A stretch of DNA of 64,000 nt from NCBI GenBank assembly GCA_951406725.2, contig OX597822.1, positions 33,480,001 through 33,544,000 of the forward strand, read 5' to 3'. This DNA comes from Octopus vulgaris (lineage: Eukaryota). The translations under genes were made by a program, and so were the position numbers. Each line of letters opens with the position of its first letter. Position 1 is the stretch's first letter. A model generated the notes under the pieces. It was not told the DNA's origin. It saw only the letters and a list, made by a program, of their open reading frames with translations, and did no database searches. Of this stretch, positions 26,013 through 38,224 are shown in pieces.

Positions 26013-26799
26013 CGGACGGACAGACAGATAGATAGATACAGAAAGACAGACAGACAGGCAAGCAACAGAAATACAGTCAGATAGACAGGTAGAGACACAG
26101 TCAGTCAGACAGATGGAATACCGAAGTAGTAATAGTGGAATATCCATCCGTCTCGGTTGTGTCCGTCTACGGCCGACTCACTTCGTCATTTGTCTGTCTC
26201 TGAGATCGACGAAAGGATCTTGTAATGTAAAATAATTCCATTTGTTCAAGAGTCGGGCAAAACGCTTTATGGTATTTCTTCCAACTCATTTATACGTTCT
26301 GAGTTCTAATTCTGCAAGGGTCAACTTTGCTATTTATCCTTTCAGAGTCAACAAAATAAAGTGCCAGTCAAGTACTGGAGGGGTTGCCATCAACTTGTCC
26401 CTGTCCCTCATTTCCGGCCCTGTGCCAAAATTAGAAGATAGAAAGAATTTGCTTTAATTACTTCCATTTTAGCTAACAAGCCTAACACAAATATTGATTT
26501 CAAATTTTGCCACAAGGCCAGCAATTTAGAGGGAGGAGGTTAGTCGATTACATCGAACCAGTGCTCAATCGACTCCTAAAGGATGAAAGGCAAAGTGGAC
26601 CTTTGAATTCAGAGCGTAAAGACGGACGAAATGCAGCAAATTTCTGTCCGGGAATATCAACTAGAGTTAGGGCGGCGAGCTAGCAGAATCGTTACTGCGT
26701 CGAGAAGAGTGTTCTCCATAGAGACGAACACCGCTCTTCCATGTAATCGACTTAGATGTTTTCTTAACATGAAACCAATGGTGGCCTTAATTCTCTCAC

Positions 26800-26900
<101 letters not shown>

Positions 26901-27044
26901 TTTATTAAAAAGCAGCAAAAATATCACAAAAACTCTGAGTAACAGTTTTGGTGATACTTTTGGTGCTTTTTAATGAAGCATATTACACTACCTCTGTTAT
27001 TTGAGTACTAGTTATCTCCGCAGTGTCAGTTGGGGTAATAATAT

Positions 27045-27381
27045 TAAGTAACGAGAAGATGGATTTGATATTAAACTCTGTTCAGTACAACGTTTGTTTC
27101 AACCCGTTTTGCTATTGTCCCTTATGTGTGGAACTCTGTTCAAAATGTTGTGTTGCACCCATTTTGCAGTCTGGCTCTCATCAGGTACATCCATAGATAA
27201 AGTTGTGACAAGACCTTTAGTGAGACACAACTTTATGTATGGATATACCTGATAAGACGCAAAATGGATACAAAACTACATGTTGAACAGAGTCCCACAT
27301 ATAAGGGACACTAGCAGGACGGGTTGAAAGGAACGTTGTACAGAATAAAGTTTAATACCAAATCCACATCTCCTCGTTACT

Positions 27382-27383
<2 letters not shown>
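27045..27383. repeat. About 340-bp foldback palindrome
   Basis: taagtaacgagaagatggatttgatattaaact...acatccatagataaagttgtg pairs with cacaactttatgtatggatatac...agtttaataccaaatccacatctcctcgttactta. Confidence 0.9.
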
Positions 27384-27412
<29 letters not shown>

Positions 27413-27477
27413 TATATAGTATGGAAATATACTTGAATAACAAGTGGTTTGATCTGAGATCATGTGCTGAAACAAAA

Positions 27478-27755
27478 ACAATTGCAGCGTGGATGATGTT
27501 TATAAGCAATTTAAGAACACACAAAAAGTTCGTTAGATTCACTTCGAAATTTGAATTTAATTTGTGTCAAAATATTTTCGTCGCTTTGAAACCGGGACCT
27601 GTTGTTCACAGACTTGCAGCACGAAGTTTTGTTGGTGAACAGGTCGCGGTTTCAAAGCAACGAAAATATTTTGACACAAATTATATTTAAATTTTGAAGT
27701 GAATCTAACGGATTTTTTGTGTGTTCTTAAATGGCTTACAAACACGCTGCAATTG
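27478..27755. repeat. About 280-bp foldback palindrome
   Basis: tttaagaacacacaaaaagttcgttagattcacttc...tttgaaaccgggacctgtt pairs with aacaggtcgcggtttcaaa...gaagtgaatctaacggattttttgtgtgttcttaaa. Confidence 0.9.
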
Positions 27756-27774
27756 TGTGTGTGTGTGTGTGTGG

Positions 27775-27965
27775 TTGAAATTTACAGAAAAGCCAAAAAA
27801 TGAAGACAGGTGTATGAACAACAAGCAGGTGTATTAGTTTGACGTTCGGGAAAGTGATAAAGTCTTTTACGTTTCGAGCCTAAACTCTTCAACCGAAAGG
27901 AATAAGAGAAAATAAGCAGAGAGAGAAAGAATAAAAAAAAAACTTGTGGATTTAGCGGTCAAGCA
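27775..27965 (-). mobile_element. Penelope-like terminal fragment with degenerate hammerhead-like motif; second copy at about 57400-57595 (+)
   Basis: Minus strand ctttCGGTTGA-agag..ctc-GAAACGTA-aaag; the 57 kb copy reads ctttCTCTAGA-agagcgtaggctc-GAAACATA-aaag. Flanks are homologous between the two copies. Confidence 0.5.
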
Positions 27966-28849
27966 TGGTGACTGGTTGGAAAAAAGGGTTTGACAGAAAA
28001 GGTAGAAGGGGAGATTATAAAGTATCGGTGATCCCAAAACGAAGGTGCACGAGTGTGTGTGTGTATGTGAGAATGTGTGTGTGTATGAATAGAGGCTAGT
28101 GACTTTGACGTGTGTGGATGTGTGCGTGTGTAAGTGTGTGCGTCTGTAATGTGTGGGTGTGTAGGTGTGCGGATGATGATGTGTGGCTGAGCGGATGATG
28201 GTGAGCGATGTGGGTGCTGGGAAGTGGTCAGTGTTAGTGTGTGGAGTGGTGTGGGTGGCGTGATGTGGTATGGTTGTGTGGATGGCGTGATGTGGTATGG
28301 TGGTGTACACACACACATACGTAAATATACAGACACATACGTATACGCATATATGAACGTATTTATCTACATATACACGTATATACATATTTATAAAGGT
28401 ACACACATATACATATATGCATACACACACATTTTTATTAGTTTCGATAGGCAAAAAGTTATAAGAGTGACTCGAAGACAATGAGTTTCGTGCTTAGGCC
28501 ACTGATGTGCTTTTGTAATTTTCAAACGATTAAAAATGAAAAGTGTATGTATTCGTTCGTTAAATTCTATTTCTCCAATTTGTTCCACTAAACACACACA
28601 TATACACACAAACACACACACGCACGCACACACACAGACACACACACGCACACACACACACGTATAATCATGGTGATATAAGGTCATTAATCAATGAAGA
28701 CCAGCGAGGTGTAACAAGAAAGAAATTGAATTTAAGTTGCCGGTAATGGCCTTGCAACAGAACAGAAAATAATTCGAATCGAAAGGCTTCAAACTGATAT
28801 GATTTAGTAGTCCTCTGTGTGCGTGAGCGCGCGCGTCGTGTGTGTGTGT

Positions 28850-28886
<37 letters not shown>

Positions 28887-30072
28887 TGTAAAAGTTATTT
28901 TACATTTTTTTTTGTTTTTCTGTTTTCATATTTCATATTAACCAGCCTACAAACGGCCTACACATATTAAAGGAAGGATGTCAACAAAGAAGATATGAAA
29001 AGGAAATCAACACAGTGTAGGATGCAGGCGTAGCTATTTGGTAAGAAGCTTGATTCTCAACCATGCGGACTTGGGTTCAGTCCCGCTACACGGCATTTGG
29101 GGCATGAAATATCTTACAGCGTGTTCCGATAGCTCGTTGTTGTTAGTAATTAATTAGTGGTGGTAAGTTTTACCCTTCAGGCAAGTTATCTCTTAATACC
29201 TCCCAATCCCCGCTATGGCATGGGGAAAGCTGAAGGGCCGAAGTACTTATGACTGAAGTCTATAACTATTAGTAAAGCTACGAATGGCCCTAAATGTGAA
29301 ATGACAGCAACATATGACAAATGAATGCCTCTATGGAGACCTGCCGGAAATTAGCGAGAAGATCAGGCAAAGACGATGCGACTATCTGGTAACTGCGTGC
29401 GCCACCCTGAACTTTACGTTGTGAATTCAAATCCTGCCGAGGTCGACTTTGCCTTTCATCCTTTCGGGGTCGATAAAATAAGTACCAGTCAAGTATCGAC
29501 TTCCCCCTTCCCTCAAAAACTGCTGGCCCTGTCCCAAAATTTGATACCATTATTTTTTGGTTTTTTTAAAATAATTTTTAAGGCCTAAATAGATGCGTAA
29601 TTTCTGGCATATTCTTCGCAAGTTTCAGAAGATTCGTAACTTGGTACAGCCACCACCAAGTTGATGGTAAATCTAGTCACTTGGACGCCGAGATTGCTTT
29701 CCAAACAGTAAGTGGCACTTATTCTTTAAGTGTGTGCTTCTTATCATACCACCCCCGCTCTTCTAACTTCTTACAGTCTCCCTTTTAAAAGAAACGTTTT
29801 TAGCTTCGAATAGGAAAGATTCAGAATTTGCAAATAATTCTTATGCAATTTAAATTTCTTTGAATGTATTTCATTTCCTTTTGAAGTGCAAAGTGTATAA
29901 CCATTGCTTGCATTCGTAAATTTATTTTCATCTTCAATAAACTGATACGACAGTCTTTTAAATTTGCAGAAAAGAAACAACAAATGATTTCAAATGACAA
30001 CGAAATATAATTAAACAATAAAAAAAAAAAGCAAAGCAATGCATGTGTATTTGGAATATTTATTATTATAAT

Positions 30073-31570
30073 CGGGCAATGCAATTGGTGGAAGTTCCAC
30101 GTTAGCGTTCTATAGAAGATTAGTGATGGGCAAAAACCAACGATGTTCTTCAGGAAACTCTGGGCATCGACGAGAATCAACTGGTAGATCAGTTCCGGTA
30201 GACTTTCGGGCCTGAACCCATGGACAATTTTGCAGAAATCCCTAGCCTGGCAGTGCTACAGGAAGCGGAGGTGGCACTGCTCGTTCGAGATAAACTCTTT
30301 AGATACAGAAGTACCGTCAGTCAGATCTGCCCGAGATCCGTGTACAGAGCGACGAAACCGTTCAGCACGCATTCGTCCTATGCCCGAGCATTGTTGACTT
30401 ATGGAGTTACATCGAACATCTGATATTCGAGTGTAAGGCAAGGCGGATCCGGTTATCAGCCGAGACCACTGTAGAGATCGTCCTGTAGGGCAGGCCGAAT
30501 CCGGTTTTCAGCCGAGACCACTGTAGAGATCGTCCCGTAGGGCAGGACGGATCCGGTTTTCAGCTGAGACCACTGTAGAGATCATCCCGTAGGGCAGGGT
30601 AGATCCGGTTATCAGCCGAGACCACTGTAGAGATCGTCTCGTAGGGCAGGGCGGATCCGGTTATCAGCTGAGACCACTGTAGAGATCGTCCCGTAGGGCT
30701 GGGCAGATCCGGTTTTCAGCCGAGACCACTGTAGAGATCGTCTCGTAGGGCAGGGCGGATCCGGTTATCAGCCGAGACCACTGTAGAGATCGTCCTGTAG
30801 GACTAGGCGGATCCGGTTATCAGCCGAGACCACTGTAGAGATCGTCCTGTAGGGCAGGGCGGATCCTGTTATCAGCTGAGACCACTGTAGAGATCGTCTC
30901 GTAGGGTAGGGCGGATCCTGTTATCAGCTGAGACCACTGTAGAGATCATCCCGTAGGGCAGGGCGGATCCGGTTATCAGCTGAGACCACTGTAGAGATCA
31001 TCCCGTAGGGCTGGGCAGATCCGGTTTTCAGCCGAGACCACTATAGAGATCGTCTCGTAGGGCAGGGCGGATCCGGTTATCAGCCGAGACCACCGTAGAG
31101 ATCGTCCTGTAGGGCAAGGCGGATCCGGTTATCAGCCGAGACCACTGTAGAGATCGTCCTGTAGGGTAGGGCGGATCCTGTTATCAGCTGAGACCACTGT
31201 AGAGATCGTCTCGTAGGGTAGGGCGGATCCTGTTATCAGCTGAGACTACTGTAGAGATCATCCCGTAGGGCAGGGCGGATCCGGTTATCAGCTGAGACCA
31301 CTGTAGAGATCATCCCGTAGGGCAGGGCGGATCCGGTTATCAGCTGAGACCACTGTAGAGATCGTCTCGTAGGGCAGGTCGAATCCGGTTTTCAGCCGAG
31401 ACCACTGTAGAGATCGTCCCGTAGGGCAGGGCGGATCCGGTTATCAGCCGAAACCACTGTAGGGATCGTCCTGTAGGGCAGGGCAGATCCGGTTATCAGC
31501 CGAGACCACTGTAGAGATCGTCCCGTCACCTTTTTCTGGCCGAGAAGAGCGTGCAGTCTTTATCTTTCAT
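30073..31570 (+). mobile_element. Tx1/L1-like LINE ORF2 C-terminal (zf-RVT-type) fragment hosting a minisatellite
   Basis: Frameshifted translation GGSSTLAFYRRLV..TFGPEPMDNF/KSLAWQCYR/ALLVRDKLFRY..ICPR/QSDETVQHAFVLCPSIVDLWSYIEHL fits the CP....ET..H.F..CP....W pattern. It continues through the first repeat unit (RIRLSAETTVEIV) and resumes after the array (PSPFSGREERAVF). Confidence 0.75.
30433..31524 (+). repeat. 52-bp minisatellite, 21 tandem units
   Basis: Consensus gtagggcagggcggatccggttatcagccgagaccactgtagagatcgtccc; 21 x 52 = 1092 bp with substitutions only. Confidence 0.97.
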
Positions 31571-32097
31571 CGCTTTGGGATCGATAAAATAATGTACCAG
31601 CAAATGTACTGGGGGTCATGATATCGACTAAGCCTCTTCCTTCAAATTTGCTGGTTTGAGGACAAAATCAGAAACCAACATAAGGGCGTAGGGAAAAATG
31701 CTTAGTGGTATTTGTTCCGAGTCATTACATTCTAAGTTCAAACCCCACCGAGGTCAGCTTCGCCTTTCATTTCTCCGGGGTCGAGAAACTGAAGGACCAG
31801 TCGGACAAAATGCTCAGTAGTATTTCTTCTGACTCTTCACGTTCTTCGCCCAAATTCCGGCGACGCTGAATTTGCTTTTTCTTCTTTCCGGATCAAGAAA
31901 ATAAAAACCAGTCAAGGAAATACTGGAATCGATGTAATCGATTTGTTTCATTCACCTTAAAATTGCTGGCCTTGAGCTTAAAGTTGAAACCACTATTTTA
32001 TTTGAAAAAAAAAATTGTTAATTCTGAATCTCTGATCAGAAAAACCAGATTAACCACCACCACCACCACCCCACCTCTATTTCTATCTCCTTCCTCC

Positions 32098-32099
<2 letters not shown>

Positions 32100-32142
<43 letters not shown>

Positions 32143-32192
32143 AAGAAGAAGAAGAAGAAGAAGAAGAAGAAGAAGAAGAAGAAGAAGAAGAA
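32100..32192. repeat. (CT)n followed by (GAA)n microsatellite
   Basis: Directly visible. Confidence 0.95.
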
Positions 32193-33722
32193 ATACTGAG
32201 AGTGGGCGTGAAAAAAAAGAATTCCACATATAAACGAAAGGCTACTGAGTGGGTTTCATTCCAGAGACTAAAATAGCATAGGGTTGATTATGATAATCCC
32301 TTACAAAGCCCTTCACCAGATTACTAATCTCAAGCACGTGGAGCATTTCACCCACACGGAGCAAGCACGCACACACGCCTGCACGCATGTACGAGAATGC
32401 TTCCAATAAAAGAGATCTAACTGATAGGATTGTACCTCAGCGAAAAGCTTTTCCACTACACCTTTGGGTTACATTCTCTTCCAGTCTGTGACAGAACTAA
32501 CAAGGTTTCTTCCAACCTGAATTTGACTCCCACTACATTCTTAACCTAATTTACTAGCACTCATGCCCTGCAAATCTAAAACTTCTGCGGCTGTGTGGTA
32601 AGAAACTTGCTTGGTAAGAAACTTGCTTGGAAACAACCACATGGTTCTGGGTTCAGTCCCACTGCGTGGCACCTTGGCCAAGTGTCTTCAACGATAGCTT
32701 TGGGCAGACCAAAGACTTGTGAGTATATTTGGTAGACGGATTTTTAAATAAATGACTACAATAGAAAGACAAGAAAAATATCACCTTCCGGTCCCGTGCC
32801 CACTTTTCGGAGAAAATAAAGTCAGGTACATCCCTGGTAGATAAGGCGCGTGGCCAAGTGGTTGAATGTGTGGTTCATTATCGTTAAGTCATATGGGATC
32901 GATTCTCAGGCTAGGTACCACTTTGTGCCCTTGAGTAAAGTTAGACTTAATACTTTGCTCGGTTTTAACATTACCACATGGGTCCTTGGATGCTTTTAAC
33001 GGAGTTCATTCTTAAGCAAGCACTTGGAGACCAGGTCTTCGATTTAAGGATACCATTCTCCCAGAAGTCACCGAGGCATGGTTAGAGAGTCATAAACACA
33101 GACTCAACTCATGACTAAAAGATTAATTAACAAAAACAAAAACTTCATTTCACGTTGCATCAGACGACTCAGCTGAAAATATGCACCCGAAAGAACGAGG
33201 GAATTCCCTGCAACAGACTGGCGTCTCATCCAGGAGGGATAGTACTCTTGAACTCTCTCAGTTGCTTCAACGCCGCTAAATCCGAGATTTGAAACTTGAC
33301 ACAGACTTTGATATAAGTTAACTTCTGTGACAACCACTTGTATACGAACAGTGTGTAGGAATATCATTCGAAAGTACGTCAGTTTGTGCGTGTATGGAAG
33401 GCACTTTTGTTAGTGAGAGAAGTACTTTAGAATTCGTCAAATGAACTGTGTTATTTATCTGGCATGTCTAAACTGTAAAATCGATAGATAACAACATATG
33501 TCGAGTGGAATCCGAAAGTTTCACGTCAATAAGTGTCTACCATCAGACAATCAGATATACGCGCGCGCGCACATCCGTAAGTGTATATACACATAGACAC
33601 GTATATACATACACACACACACATCCATATATATATATAAACACATACATACCTATATGTCTACAAATAGATATACATGCACACATAATACACACTTGCG
33701 CATGCATACACATAAACACATA

Positions 33723-33758
<36 letters not shown>

Positions 33759-34110
33759 TACATACACACATACATACACACACACACACGCATACACACA
33801 CAGACACAACTTATGAATGAATGCGTTGGCAAGAAAGGAGGATTCCTTTTCGGAATAAAAAGAAACCCACGCGGCAAAGTCATCAAGTAAGGAATAAACT
33901 TACGATTCCTTCTATACATTTGTTAATGCCTCTTTACAATAGACATATCAGTCGCGACTTACAACACCCGTCTCAATTAAAACAGAGGATCTATCTTACA
34001 TATGTGTAGTTCTATTGACACAATGTAATAAGTATGTACTATGAGAGCTCTGTTTGGTTTACCACTAAAGCTCTGGCTTCAACTGCAGCTGAAAAAATAT
34101 TATTATTTAT

Positions 34111-35380
34111 TTAACCCTTTTAAAACAGTTGATGTGAATTTACGCACGCAATGTACATGCTTTAAATCGGTCGACGTAATTACGAGCGTGAGTCAAAAAG
34201 TTATGCCAACACAGGGACATGTACCATACATCAAAATGAAGCTGGTCCTCTGTGGATCACGTCCCTACTTCTCAACATAGTCACCGTTTCTCTCAATGTT
34301 CCACCTTCGAATGAGACCATTATCCCTGCGCTGTAAAATTCTGTTGACTGTTCTTTAAGCCACTTCTTCACTACCTCCACACTCATCAGATTTAGCGCCT
34401 TCAGATTATCATCTCTTCGGCGCCACGAAAGAAGGTTTGAGAGGCAAACATTATTCCAGTGACGAGGAAATGAAAACTGTGGTGAAGAAGTGGCTCAAAG
34501 AACAGTCAACAGAATTTGACGGGGCAGGGATACATGCTCTCATTCGAAGGTGGAACATTGCTATTGAGAGAAACGAACATTTGTACGGACGGACGAGTTT
34601 GTGGAAATTCAAGAGAAGGCTCTGATTCAAACAATACAACCTGACCAAACGTGCCCGCTTTGGAGTCAAGGTTTATTAAGTATGCCAGTCAACTGGCAGA
34701 GCCTGTGGCTACACGTGGAATTACAAAATCTACATTGGTCAGGATAGATTATATCTTCTAGCGTTTAATCAAGCGTCAACTGATGTCATGTTGTCTCTGA
34801 ACGAAAACTTGCTTGATAAAGCTACAATATTTATATGGGCAACTGGTTTTCTAGTCCAAACCTCTTCCAGCAGTCGCAGGCGGGGACTGAAGCTGAGAAC
34901 GCACAGGAAAAACGTGTCACCCGATCATCACAAAATGAAACTTCGAAAGGGGGAAGCAGCGTACCGATGCACCGATAGTGACATTCTCGCTCTAGTGTGG
35001 ATTGACAAAAAAAAAAAAAAACATCTGTATGTTACCCACAATGCATTCTGCAAGCATGGAGGACACTAAGAAATAAGACACCGACGGTAATACCATAATG
35101 AAACCGAGTGTAGCTATTTCGTACAATGAAGTTTTGGGTGGAGTCGATCGCTCAAATCCAGCAGCTGACACAACACAAATCGATGAGAAAATTTGTGAAA
35201 CGGTACAAAAATATTTTCTTGTATTTAGTTGACATGTGTAATGTCTTGAACTTACATTTGATTTGGCAGATGTTTGGCGGTGTGGGGGATAGATTGATAT
35301 TCAGGAATCTATTGTTCCGTGAAATGATAGAAGCATCAGACCTGCCAAAGTACAGAACGCGGACAAATGCGTTCTGACAA
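34111..35380 (+). mobile_element. Degenerate piggyBac element (PGBD4-like transposase relic) interrupted by a mariner fragment
   Basis: Left end TTAA-CCCTTT. From about 34575: SLWKFKRRL*FKQYNLTKRARFGVKVY*VCQSTG..GYTWNYKIYIG, YNIYMGNWFSSP, ILALVWIDKK, GGVDRS, KRYKNIFLYLVDM. Stops and frameshifts are present. Confidence 0.85.
34183..34575. mobile_element. Mariner transposase C-terminal fragment present in both orientations, with one TIR
   Basis: Plus strand SSDLAPSDYHLFGATKEGLRGKHYSSDEEMKTVVKKWLKEQSTEF..GIHALIRRWNIAIERN. The inverted copy at about 34265-34372 ends GDYVEK*. TIR-like TA-cgagcgtgagtcaaaaag at 34181. Confidence 0.88.
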
Positions 35381-35514
35381 ATATTATTATTATTATTATT
35401 ATTATTACTATTATTGTTATCTATTATTGTTATTGTTATCATTATTATCATTGTTGTTGTTATTATAATTATTATTATTATTGTTGTTATTGTTATTATT
35501 ATTATCATTATTAT

Positions 35515-35720
35515 TCAGGTCACTGTCTGGAATCGAACTCGGAATCTTGGGGTTAGTAGTCCGCGCTCTTAACCACTACGTCATATGACACCTAATGAAG
35601 GCTGGAAGGTATATCAGCAAAAACGTTGTGTTAACAACAAACAAGATGAGGACAAATATCCATCAAATGTAAGTAATGTAAATAATGTACATAATTCCTC
35701 ATCTCTTAAATATAGAACTG
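35515..35720. mobile_element. tRNA-like head (minus) abutting a Penelope-like hammerhead tail (plus); same family as 10157-10520
   Basis: Minus strand TGACGTAGTGG...GAGTTCGATTCC (A/B boxes). Plus strand gacacCTAATGAaggctg..cagcaAAAACGTTgtgtt, with downstream sequence nearly identical to 10440-10520. Confidence 0.65.
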
Positions 35721-36009
35721 TATCTCCATTATGTATTGCATACTATGGCCAAAAAAAAAGCAAAGCAATGACAAATTTCAAGGGGAAATGAAGGTGTGCG
35801 TCAGCGTATGTATTACGCTCTCTGAACACCTGTTGTAAAAGGCACCCATTACTGTCACATCTGTGAAAAATGCTGTAGGCCCCTAGCAGGACTAAACAAG
35901 CCAAATTCGTCCTACCGTAAGAGAACAATCAAGCGACCACATTATTCGAAATCGTAGGGAAGCCAACATATTACGTGGATTATCTGGTATTATTGGAGAT
36001 AAATCTAAA

Positions 36010-36670
36010 GTGGCGAGCTGGGAGAATCGTTAGCGCGCCGAACGAAATGCTTCACAGCATTCCGTCCGTCCTTGCGTTCTGTGTTCAAATTCCGCCGAGG
36101 TCGACTTCGCCTTTCATCCTTTCGGGATCGATGAAATAAGTACCAGTTACTCATTGGGGTCGATGTGATCGACTTTATCCTTCCTCCAAAATTTCAGGCC
36201 GTGTCACTTGAGTAGAAAGGATTATCAAAATTAAATCCCTTGCTTGGTATTTCTAAAGGCGGCGAGCTGGCAGAAGCGTTAGCACGCCGGGCGAAATGCG
36301 TAGCCGTATTTCGTCTGTCGTTACGTTCCGAGTTCAAATTCCGCCGAGGTCGACTTTGCCTTTCATCCTTTCGTGGTCGATAAATTAAGTACCAGTTACG
36401 CACTGGGGTCGATACAATCGACTTAATACTTATGTCTGTCCTTGTTTGTCCCCTCTGTCTTTAGCTCCTTGTGGGTAATAAAGAAATACGTATTTCGTCT
36501 GTCGTTACGTTCCGAGTTCAAATTCCGCCGAGGTCCACTTTGCCTTTCATCTTTTCGTGGTCGATAAATCAAGTACCAGTTACGCACTGGGGTCGATGTA
36601 ATCGACTTAATCCGTTTGTCTGTCCTTGTTTGTCCCCTCTATGTTTAGCCCCTTGTGGGTAGTAAAGACA
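36010..36670 (+). mobile_element. Three tandem SINE copies (ggcggcgagctggcag family)
   Basis: Repeated gttcaaattccgccgaggtcgactttgcctttcatcctttcg..gtcgataaa..agtaccag core. Similar clusters lie at 44030-44345 and 54310-55018. Confidence 0.85.
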
Positions 36671-37250
36671 TATATATTCCATATGTGAGACTCTATCGCC
36701 TATTACCACAGATATACCACATTTTTGGTGAGATTCAAAACTAGAGTAATCATTTTCCTCCTATACACAGAAGCAGCGGCAACAACATCGATGCAAAATA
36801 TGAGACAACCAATAATTGCAAACGGCATCAATATAAAATCATTCCAAAGCAGCAGTCTGTCCTTGTCAAAATATCCGATGACTTCGGCAATTTCTGAACG
36901 GCTAATCTGATTTAATTAAAACTCAGGACTTGAATTGAAATAACAAGCAGTTGCTAAGTTTAACGTTCCATATATCAACCGATATCGGGACGTTTTAATG
37001 GTATTAATCTCGAGCTTCGATAAAGTCGAATTCATCTCATAAACCAGTGACACAATAAACGAACACATTTATTTATTCGTTTATTCATTCACTAATTTCA
37101 GTGATGGAATTACGGTTATGCAAGAACACCACCTTCCGGGAGGCGGTCATTTAGTCGACCTTATCGACCCCACTCCATACTCTGATATTTGTATTAGTGT
37201 CGTATTTATTTTATCGCACTCTATTTATACAAGCGCTAACTCATGAGAGA

Positions 37251-37580
37251 GTGGCGGCGCAATGGCCCAGTGGTTAGGGTAGCGGACTCGCGGTCGGAGG
37301 ATCGCGGTTTCGATTGCCAAACCGGGCGTTGTGTGTGTTTATTGAACGAAAACACCAAAAGCTCCCCGAGGCTCCGGCAGGGGGTGATGGCGACCCCTGT
37401 TGTACTCTTTTGCTTCAACTTTCTCTCACTCTTGTCAAAATATCCGATGACTTCTTGTTTCTTGAGTAACGCTGCGATGGACTGACGTCCCTTCCAGCTG
37501 GGGAGGGGGACACATACACCATAGAAACCGGGAAACCGGGCCCATGAGCCTGGCTAGGCTTGAAAAGGGCGCATAAATAA
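37251..37580 (+). mobile_element. tRNA-derived SINE with V-domain-like tail
   Basis: Head as at 6785 and 44991; tail gctgcgatggactgacgtcccttccagctggg...aaaagggcgcataaataaa as at 20449-20700. Confidence 0.8.
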
Positions 37581-38224
37581 AGTTATGAAAGAGAAAGGGA
37601 TACAACACTAACTTTTGGAAGGGTGTAAACATGATTACAGAATTTCATCTGCCACTGGTCAACTTAAGACTTAAGAGACACCTGTATGTGTGTATTATGT
37701 AAATATATGAGCGCGCACCTGTGTTTGTGTATATGCACATCATAATTACACATCTATGTGTAGTATTAAGCAAAAACAAATAAACAAACATGGTATTTTA
37801 TGCTTTCTAAAACATACACGCGTTTTGTTAAATTAATTGTGAAGACTATACAATTGTTTGTTGAAAATTATTTTATAATACACCTCTTCAGTGGTTAACA
37901 AGAAATACCCGAACTTTTTGTTACGTGTAGTATTTCACAATGCATATATTCTACACACACACACATTTTTTCATTTAAGCTAATAACTCCCTGAACATTG
38001 GAATTTCTGAAAGAAAGAATCCTATTGAATATGACATTAAATTATCAATAATGTAAATCAATTCATGATTTACAGGCAACATACATTTTATAGTTCTTCC
38101 TGTGTTTACAGTTAGATGTGCAACTGTCACTGCTCCACATAGAGTATGTTAATACAGTCTACTTCCAGCTAAGTGGTCTACTTAGCAGCATTCACGATTA
38201 CGATAAACAAAGTATAGGAAAAAC

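Noticed and set aside
30433-31524. CRISPR-like array
   Set aside because: Units are contiguous with no unique spacers, there are no cas genes, and the context is eukaryotic. It is a minisatellite.
30433-31524. Synthetic construct (BamHI GGATCC, BsaI GAGACC and BsmBI CGTCTC sites recur in the units)
   Set aside because: The unit is continuous with the flanking LINE reading frame and shows natural substitutions and higher-order structure. The sites are coincidental.
34437-35377. Functional or domesticated transposase gene (SETMAR/PGBD-like)
   Set aside because: Multiple stops, frameshifts and truncation; these are relics only.
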